A DNA stretch of 64,000 nt from Campylobacterota bacterium. Lineage in GTDB: Bacteria > Campylobacterota > Campylobacteria > Campylobacterales > Sulfurimonadaceae. Below the pieces are notes generated by a model. That model was not told the DNA's origin. It saw only the letters and a program-made list of their open reading frames with translations, and made no database searches. The position numbers and the translations under genes were made by a program. Positions 45,853-54,900 of this stretch are shown in pieces (within the stretch, counting starts at the first letter, position 1; the number at the start of each line of letters is the position of its first letter). The stretch lies in NCBI GenBank assembly GCA_014764025.1, contig JACXUD010000001.1, positions 10,643-74,642 of the forward strand, given 5' to 3'.

Positions 45853-47288
45853 TCTTCTTCCCCTCGCTTATTGATATAAACCGTTCCATTAGATGTTTGA
45901 GCACTCATTTCTGTCCCGGTTGCTCTTTTGAGGTACTGATTAAGGTCCTCAAGCTTTTCAATCTTTACGGTCTTATCTACTGGCACGTTTCCATCAAAGT
46001 CGAGCTCATAGTTGATTCCGGTTTGCTCTCCAAGTTCTTTTACGATTGTCTTGATCGTATAAGGCTTATTGAGCATAATCGGCTTATAATCTGCAACCAC
46101 GAAAGAGAGTTGCTTTTTCCCTTCTGCATTGGTTACTTTTATTTTTCTGATTGTTTTCTTGCGTCTTTTTAATACTGCATCAAGATCATTAATGCTTGTC
46201 ACCTTTTGCTCAGAGAAGCCGATCTCAAACTCTCCATGCTCAAAAGGTACGACACTTTCATTAGGATAAAGTCTCTGTACGATCTGTAAAAGAGTTACGC
46301 CTTCATAGATACCTTGACCCCTAGCAAGTCTTCTCTTCTCCATTTCAGCTGTCGCTTTTCTATCAGCCTCAAGCTTTGCTATATTTGCCTTTCTTTCGGC
46401 TTCTTCTTTTGCCTTTCGCAGAGCCATGTCTGCTTCCATCTTTGCAAGTTTCGCTTTCTTTTCCGCTTCAATCCTAGCTAGTTCTACTTTTTTACGAGCC
46501 TCTTCTTCTTTTCTTTGTGCCTCAAGTTGTGCAAGACGAGCTTTGCTTTCTTCAGCTTCTTGTTTAGCCAGTCTTTCTTTTTCGAGACGTTCCCTCTTCT
46601 CTTGCTCTTTTTGTGCTATCGCTGCTAATCTCGCTTGTTCTCTTCTCTCGGCCTCTTCTTTTGCCTTTGCGACAAGAAGATTGTGTGCGTTGATCTTGTT
46701 ATTGATTTCATTTAAAGACTCAGGCGTTACACTCACAAAAAGTCTATTGCCTCTATATTTTATACTCTTTGCATCATGTACTGAGGAAATTGCTTTTTTG
46801 AGGCTCTTTATGTCCCCTAAAGTAGGAAAGTCCAAAGTAACCATCTTTCTTGAAGAGATCGCTATTCTATTCCCTCCAACCTCAACAAAAACGCCTCTCT
46901 CTTGTAGATAATTCCCTAGCTCAGAAACCGTACCTCCGTTAAAGTAGATAGGGGACAATCTTTTTGCCGTATCATCTGTGATTTTAAATGAAAAAGGTTG
47001 GCTAGTGGAGTTTGCATAATCTTTTGCCTCGTTAAGTGCCTCCACTAGAGTCGAATGGTGAAGCAAAGGTAAAACCGTCGTATTGCCCATCTGCTTACCA
47101 TGAGCTGAAGTCCAGTGATTTTCAGGAACATAAGCCGTACTTGCATCATAACCTCCGTATGCACTCACGCTCATCAATAGTCCAGCTATCAAGATGGCTT
47201 TACTTCCTTGCATTTTTATCAAAAGATTCGTCCTTCCACTGTGTTTTTGTATTGTCAATTTTGAAAACTTTAACAGAAAAAAAGTCAT
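45849..47288 (-). CDS. exported protein with long KE-rich coiled coil (TolA-like low complexity)
   Basis: Probable signal peptide at MQGSKAILIAGLLMSVSAYG. Central AKEEAERREQARLAAIAQKEQEKRERLEKERLAKQEAEE... The start is uncertain. Confidence 0.5.
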   Translation of the reverse strand: MTFFLLKFSKLTIQKHSGRTNLLIKMQGSKAILIAGLLMSVSAYGGYDASTAYVPENHWTSAHGKQMGNTTVLPLLHHSTLVEALNEAKDYANSTSQPFSFKITDDTAKRLSPIYFNGGTVSELGNYLQERGVFVEVGGNRIAISSRKMVTLDFPTLGDIKSLKKAISSVHDAKSIKYRGNRLFVSVTPESLNEINNKINAHNLLVAKAKEEAERREQARLAAIAQKEQEKRERLEKERLAKQEAEESKARLAQLEAQRKEEEARKKVELARIEAEKKAKLAKMEADMALRKAKEEAERKANIAKLEADRKATAEMEKRRLARGQGIYEGVTLLQIVQRLYPNESVVPFEHGEFEIGFSEQKVTSINDLDAVLKRRKKTIRKIKVTNAEGKKQLSFVVADYKPIMLNKPYTIKTIVKELGEQTGINYELDFDGNVPVDKTVKIEKLEDLNQYLKRATGTEMSAQTSNGTVYINKRGEEE

Positions 47289-47297
47289 GTCAAAAGG

Positions 47298-48836
47298 TTA
47301 CGACGCAATTTTTGACAGATTTTCTATAAATTTTTCTGTCGCCTTTTCTTTTGCGGCAAAAGCCTCTTCAATGCCTTCAGGTTTCTCTTCCCTTAACGCT
47401 TGCTCCACCTCTGCCGTCATTGAGTCGGTCGAGTTTCTTCCGCTTGCTATCTCCTCTACTTCTTCGTCTCTTAGGTTGAATATTCTCTCTACTCTCTCCA
47501 CGAAAGAATCGGAAACCGTATAGTTGTAATAGTTCCAGGATAGAAGAAACATATTGGCAAAGGCATCACTTCTAAAAGCGGGGTTGGATCCGTCGTTTTT
47601 CCCCTTCACAATAGACACAATACATTTGTTGTCATAGATTTCCGTGATCATTCTTAGTGAGTAATCCTTCATTTTAACTACGGCTGTTCCAGCGGGAAGA
47701 TTGATGAATTGGTTGAGGATATAGAAGAGTGCAAAAAATCTAAAGTAAAGCACCATGATATATTTGCTTCTTTCTATCCTCTCTGCGTCTGTGATCTTCT
47801 TGTCTTTAGGGAGGGGCTCAGGAAGATATACGCCTCTAAGAAGCTTGTCCATTTCAGGGTCGCCCTTCAACATTTCGTAATACTTTTGAATGCTTCTTGT
47901 GTACTCTAATCCCGTTGAGGTAATTGCGAATTTGTCCAAGTAGAGACTGAAACGCCCTGTCTCCTCATCTATAAGCTTCTTGATAAGGTCGAAAGAAAAT
48001 GTGATATTTGCTTTCCCGTCAAACACTCTGAAGTTATCAATGCTTCCTCCGTATTGATTCTGAAGCACATCCTCAAACTCTTCAGTGCTCATAACTGAAT
48101 CATACTTTTCTGCTCCATCTTGCGACAAATACCCTTCTGCAATCTTAAAGAGATCTAAAAATTGGTCGTGTGACCTAAACATAGAAAATAATGTTCTGTA
48201 TTCATTTGAAACCCTTGCCTTCTGCACATCCTTTTCATTAGAAAATAGCAAAGGAAGGTCTTTAAGGAGCGTTAGCCTCTCAACCCTTTCGTATCCATCG
48301 ACCACTCTTACTTTCTGTTTGAAGAATTTATACCTAAGATGACTCATCCACCCCAATCTCAAGTAATATCTTTGTCTATTTATTTCGTTCTTGTGGTCTG
48401 TCGGGATCATTGCCATTGAAAGTGGATAATAGAGGTAGTAAAGTGCTTTATCTATTTGACGATACAATTTCAGTTTCAACAAAAGTCCTTGCCCGACCTT
48501 TCTCTTTAGGCTACTGAGTCTCTTTATGTCATCTTCTATCTGTGCTACGCTCTTAGCGGCAAACAAACTCCAAAAGAAGAAGATCAACACCCCTCCAACC
48601 ACATAATATAAAGCCAAATTAAGAGGGGTTTGTGCCTGGTCGTGAGTGCTAAGAATAAGGTACTGGGAAATCTTTATCTCCCCGGTATAGTTTTGATTAG
48701 TGAGCAAAAATGCCAAAATAACAAAAGTTGCAATCGCATAGATAAAATAAGCTAACCACTTGAAGGACTTCTTTAGCTCAGTATGTTCTCGTTTTCTTTG
48801 TTCAATATTCTTGTAATCGTTATTATTTGCCATCAA
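47298..48836 (-). CDS. membrane protein (512 aa; TTG start, first gene of the minus-strand block)
   Basis: WLAYFIYAIATFVILAFLL and LALYYVVGGVLIFFFWSLFAA, followed by a large soluble domain. Confidence 0.5.
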   Translation of the reverse strand: MMANNNDYKNIEQRKREHTELKKSFKWLAYFIYAIATFVILAFLLTNQNYTGEIKISQYLILSTHDQAQTPLNLALYYVVGGVLIFFFWSLFAAKSVAQIEDDIKRLSSLKRKVGQGLLLKLKLYRQIDKALYYLYYPLSMAMIPTDHKNEINRQRYYLRLGWMSHLRYKFFKQKVRVVDGYERVERLTLLKDLPLLFSNEKDVQKARVSNEYRTLFSMFRSHDQFLDLFKIAEGYLSQDGAEKYDSVMSTEEFEDVLQNQYGGSIDNFRVFDGKANITFSFDLIKKLIDEETGRFSLYLDKFAITSTGLEYTRSIQKYYEMLKGDPEMDKLLRGVYLPEPLPKDKKITDAERIERSKYIMVLYFRFFALFYILNQFINLPAGTAVVKMKDYSLRMITEIYDNKCIVSIVKGKNDGSNPAFRSDAFANMFLLSWNYYNYTVSDSFVERVERIFNLRDEEVEEIASGRNSTDSMTAEVEQALREEKPEGIEEAFAAKEKATEKFIENLSKIAS

Positions 48837-48918
48837 AATACCTTACTTTTTGTGGAAATCATAGCTATAAAAAAGGCATGATAAAAGATTTTTACGAAAA
48901 TCTAGTCCATTTCCGAAA

Positions 48919-51900
48919 GTGTTTTGGAAAAAAGAGAATTACGAATTTCATACTGCGGTTTATGTCGATACAATAGCCTATCCAATAACTAAGAAGGGAA
49001 TGGCAATGGCAGAAATAGCTACCAAAAACAAAAGACTTAGCGACAGTGCACTATATCAAAATATCGAACAACTGATTAATAATAGAGAAGATGCAAAATC
49101 TTGGGCTTCAAAGGCATTAAGAGACAATGCAATCGGCTTGGATTTAAACAATATAGGTCAGCAGTTCGTGGATTTTGTTCAGCACACTAACGCTACTTCA
49201 CTTGATGAGGTTTTTGATCATTTTGTAAAAAGAAACTGGCTTTTGCCCGACGGGAGTATTCAGCTTTCATCTTTTCAAGTTGCAGAAGTATTGGATGTAA
49301 CTTTTAAAGAAGAGGTATTAGGGGGAAATGTCTTTACTGATATCAACTTTAGTATCAAAATGAACGATCAAGACAAGCCTGAAAACATCAAACTCACCAG
49401 TGGCTTTAAATTCGATAACAACACCCATACCCTTAAAATATACCCTGAAGAGAAATCAGACCTCTTTGATAGAGCAAAGCAGCCCTTCTTCTACACAAAA
49501 GACCTACTCTTCACAATCTCCAATAGTGGAACAAGAGCCCAAATAGAGGATATCTTCAATCAGATAGGTAAAGACTCCTTTTTGCTTTTGGGAAGATTGG
49601 ATAATAGTTATATTCCGGGAATCGTTATCCCTGACCCTGCTAGAAGCCTTGCCAAGATCAATTACGACCACCAAGATAAACTGATCCACTCTGGACTACC
49701 TACTCCAAAAATAGATGAGGCTTCTGAAAATGAGCACATGATCATCCACTCTTTTGCTGAAAGATTGGCAATACTCAATAAAGTTGGAAGTTACGTCTAT
49801 GAAAAAACCACTGGGAAAACTTCAGAAAGAGAAGAAATCACCAATAAGATGCTTTCTTCCCTATTCTCTAAAAACGAGAACGGTCACGAAACAAGGGATA
49901 GGCTCAAGGCCATTCTCTTCCAATACACCACTCAAGAAAAAAGAGACACGGCATTTGAGACCTTTAGAGATATACTGATTGACTCTAGCACTCCGGCAAA
50001 AGATATCGCCAAAGCCGTAGAGGATGGCATTATGCAACTTCCTTATGAGGTCAGAGATTCGATTGCTAATATTTCCCTAAAAACTGCTACCTATCTTGAT
50101 TACTCTTCAAGAGACGAAAAGACGCTTAAAAAAACAATGTCTAGTCCTAAGCTCGGATCAACGCTACTTGGAAATATACCAGGAGAAGGGATAGTAACAG
50201 AAACACTTATGGAGCGTATGAGTGATTTCTCGGAAGAGGAAAAAACCTCCGCTATCCTTTCTGAACTAAAAACTGCTGCCAAAGAATCATACAGCTTCAT
50301 AGGATCTGCCATTATCAATGGATATAGCCGTATCTCCTTTTCAAACAAAAGAGGGGAAATAAACTGGGAAAACTCCAACTTTACCAATACTGTGTTTGCC
50401 AAGGTTTCAGATAAAACAGAACTTGAAGATACACTCCTTGAATATCTACACAACGAAACTCCCGCTTTCCCTGCTCTGATTGACGGAAATTACTACATTG
50501 TCAGCAGACGCTCTTTTGTTGGCACTAATGCCGTTGGGTATTCGATCACCAATGAGGACAAAAAAGCGATTGCAAAAGCAGTAGATGAGATTGTACCGGA
50601 TGATCTATTGGGAACTCTCTACCGTTTTGCCTCTTCTGATCTAAGTGTAACCGGAATGCGAAACATAAGCAATGCGGGTATTACTGTTGGAAAAATGATT
50701 GGGCAAAGTGAAAAAAGCGTGGGCTTGCAAGCAACCTTTTCTTCAAGATTTGGTAACACACTAAGCAGAAGAGGTAGAAATAAAAAGTCGGAAACCAAAG
50801 AGTCGATAGATAAACTCTCTATGGGTGAATTGTGTTCAAGTTTCCTTTCTTTAGATAGAACGCAAAAGTGTTTCCCTAACTTGCTCAACGTGGACGGGAA
50901 AGACGTTTCAGCTAAAGATATTGAAAAGAATGCCTTCCTCCGTGCTTACTACGCCTATCTTGGTGAGAGATCCGCAGCAATGGCTAACATTATCGGCGTT
51001 GGTGCGGGTGTAAAAATCAGGGAGCCGTTTGATATTCTCGACAAAAGCAAAAACGTACTTCCTGAAGAGGATAAAAAAGAAGAAATGGGCTTCAATCAGG
51101 AAGGTGGGATACTGGACTTCAAGCATTATCCTAAAGTGATCAACCTAGCAACCGAAGAGCATAAAAAAGAGTTCTTTAGGCTTGCGGTGCTTGCTACTGA
51201 TAATACAATAAAAGATACCCTTGGAGGCAATCATACGAGTGTCGAGGATGCACTAAAGGAAACCCTACTACCTAAGCTAAAAGAGGCTCAGTATGCAATT
51301 ATGAAGATTTCAAGAAGAAAGAATGGATCAATCAGGGAAAAGGCTGAAAAGTTTGTTCTTGTAAATAAAGACCTTAGAGCTATTGCAAACACTAATATCC
51401 CGGTTTTCGCTTTCTTTAAAGAGCTTAAAAATAATGGCTTTATCGACAAAAAGAACACCACAAAAGAAGTAACTTTTGCGGAAAAGGATATCCATACCCT
51501 ATTTGATAAAACACTTGAGGTAATCAATAGGGACATTAAAAGCCTACCGGATATCTTTGATGTGGTTAAGAAGCTCAGAGGAGAGGTAATCAGAAATGAG
51601 AACATTGAAAGGGTGACACAAAATGAAGCCTTTAGCCCTCTCGCCTTAGCTAACTATGACGAGAAAAAATTGACACTGTTCTTTAATTCTCTCAAAAAGA
51701 GTGGTCTCGATCAGATCATTAAGGACTTCCACCTTGAGAAACTCAAAACACCTAAAGAGATCGCAGAGGAGATTTTCGACAACCCTAAAGAGCAAGCGGT
51801 AGCTATTGACTTTCTTCAGAAGAAATATGAAGGACAAGCTTATAAGTTTAGCGATCTCAAAGTTGAGGACAGAAGAATTGAGTCCATTCAAGCCTACTTT

Positions 51901-54900
51901 GATGTAGTAATGGCTACCGACCCTGATATCGGAGATAACTATAAGGTAGATAGCGAGAAGATCAAAGCACTATTTGAAACCATGAGAGGAGAAGGCTCTA
52001 GGGATATCGGTACATTAAGACAAGCGGTAAAGCTGCTTAATACTTTTGCTTTTGCTAATTATGTAGAAATACTAAAAGAGCATAAAGCTTCAAAAGGAGA
52101 GGATCTCTCTGCATCTGATAAAAATGTGCTTATAAAGACCTACCTTGGAGAAGTCCTATTATTAAAAGACTCACAAATAAACGACGTACTGGGTAATATG
52201 GCACTGCACATGAAAAAAGGCATCAAGTCATCTTTGCTTGGTGTTGAAATGAGAGGCGGTAAAACAAGATCAGCGATTGAGTTTGCAAACCTAAAGAACA
52301 ATGTTTACGGCACTTCCGCATTGGCTTTCTTTCAGGGGAAAAACTTTAATGATATTCTCGAACAAGGGTTTGACAGTAACCCGCTTGCTTTCCTTAGACA
52401 TTCTACTATTCTTGGTGATCAAAAGATGTTTGTAAAACAAAGTAGTAATATGCCTCTTGCCTTTACAGAATGGACTCCAATGAACATTCCAACGAAACTA
52501 AAGAGAAGCAATCTACTTAAAAACCCGCTTATGGATTCAAACAGAGCTCCTTCGGATCACCTCACAAGGGAGTTCTCACAAAAGCTCTCGATCATCGAAA
52601 AAGAAGCGGTGAACATTTCAGATGATGACATGAAAAACATCATTGCTAAAAACAAGGATTATATATCAGAAGAAACTGCTGCGGCAATTATGAACGGTCC
52701 TGACACTGAAAAAGGTAAATTACTAGGGAAGGTAATGTATTTTTACCTTGGAAGTATTGTTAAGGATGGTTTTCTGGATAAAGAAAGTGAGAATGAAAAG
52801 GTCGGGAAAGAAATCAGAAGCCTCTTTGGTCCTTATTGGGATACATACAAGAAAGAGCTTGCTAGTGTGAAAGAGCTTGACGGAAATATTGTCTATATGG
52901 GGAAGCAGTACATTTCTAGCCATATTGGAAGCACTAAAAATGAAATCACAATCAGAACAAAGGAACTCCCGCCGATCACCACCGGGCTAGATGTCTCTTA
53001 CGCTATCGAAAACAAAACTCAACTAAATAAAGCTGATTTGTCTAGCGAGTATGCTTCTTTCCTTGATGCCTTGTCTTTGCCAGTAAAAGACAGTAAAGTG
53101 CTTCTCCCTAAGTTTAATACTTTCAGAAAGCCTTCCGAACTAAAAAATGCCTATAAGGAGTTTGGTGCGATCTTTACCGATATGACCAATTCCCTATATG
53201 AAGAGATTAAAAACGATACCGACCATCTAAACAGTGACATTCTTGCGGATGACATTACGGCTCACGAACTTGCAAGAAAAGCAAAAGTAGTGACAAGTAA
53301 GATCAAGTTCTCTATTACGGGTGCAGATAGAAACCTTACTACCGATTCTCCTTACTACCCTATCAAGGTGGACGGATATGCTGCTGACGGCATAGAGATC
53401 GATATAAAGAGAACACTTGAAACAGTAAAAGACTCTATTGGTTTTAGCCCGCAAGAACTCAAAGGCTTTGATGAACAGACACAAAAAGAATTCAATAATA
53501 TTGTTGAAAAACACCTATTAAATCACGAAAAGATTGCAGAGGCACTACAAAACGCATCTTATAGGGCTGTTGCTTTAGAATTGTACGACCCTAAAGAGCT
53601 AAAAACTGCGGTCAAGACAAGACTTTCGCCTTTTGTAAATCAGAAAAACCCTCTAAAGTCCAGTACCGTTTCTTTTGAGCTTTATTTTACAAAAAATACC
53701 AATATGTTCGCTCCTATGTCTCCTAAGAACATTGGAGATCCCAAACTGTGGATACAACTCAAAGCTCCTGAAGCAACATACTCGAATTTTGTTGCTTCAT
53801 CCATTGTGCTAAAAGGAAGTATCCCTTCACCGGAGGACCCTAGTAATATCGAAAACAAAACACTATACCCTAAGCACGCTACGATAGATTTCACTACGGG
53901 TCAAAAGATTTTTGTCCACTCTCTCGTTGAGGATCACAATGCCCCTGATAGTGAATATAAGACACTCTCGAAACGCTTTACTTCAAATGCCACTTCAGGG
54001 ATTCTTTGGTCTCTCGATAGAGGGGAAGAGAGAAAAAGTCACCCGGCAACCATGATCGGCGATGAGGCCCACAAAGACGTTCAAGGAAACAAGGGTGAAG
54101 AGTACCAGGGTCTAGTGAATGCTATTGAAGAAAACGAAGAAAAACCTTTCAATAAAAGACTGACCGGAACGCCTTCTGCTTCAGGTCTTAAAAAACAAGG
54201 AGAACTTTACAGAAAACTTGATCCAAACCTCGGTGATAAAGTGGGAAGTGAACTTTTTGCAAACTGTGGAAATATCGACTTTAAAGGAGTTATACTTAGC
54301 TTTATAGATGAAGAAGGATTTAAGTATAGTAATATCCTTGAAGAGCCCCTTAAAGATGGTGTTATGAGAGCTGTTGCCCGCATTTCTGAAAAAGGTGCTG
54401 CTGCCAACCTTTATGACATTAAAGAAGAACTTACGGATAAGATACTCAATAATGATGAGATAAATAATGCCCTTAATAACTACAAGAGAAGTAAAGGGGT
54501 TTACACCTCAAGATACGAAGATGTTCAGGAGATCGAAGACGCCATAAGAGAAGCCTCAAGAATTATGCTCAGAAACATTCAAAAAGAAGTGGCTGTTGAG
54601 GTTGAGGAATACCTCAATTCCCCTAACGGAAAAGCTAGAGCCGCACTCTATGACGATATTGCATCGTTTAGGCAGACACTCAAAGAGGAGGGATTAAGAG
54701 ATAAAGTAAGAGGAATGGATCTAAGCCTACATGAATTTGTAGAACTTACTGTTTCTCCTGGCTCTTCACTCATTAAACCTTCACACGGCTTCTCTAATCC
54801 GGTTGGTATGAGCTATGTGCTAGACCAAATTCATGCTATCTTGGTCATCAGAAGAAACGAACACGCTACCTATATCAACACTGACGCTCACCCTACATTC

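Noticed and set aside
46380-46700. Repetitive-looking DNA that might suggest a CRISPR array or satellite.
   Set aside because: It is the coding sequence of a KE-rich coiled coil (KEEAER-type repeats) inside ORF 45849-47288. The repeats are imperfect and there is no repeat-spacer periodicity.
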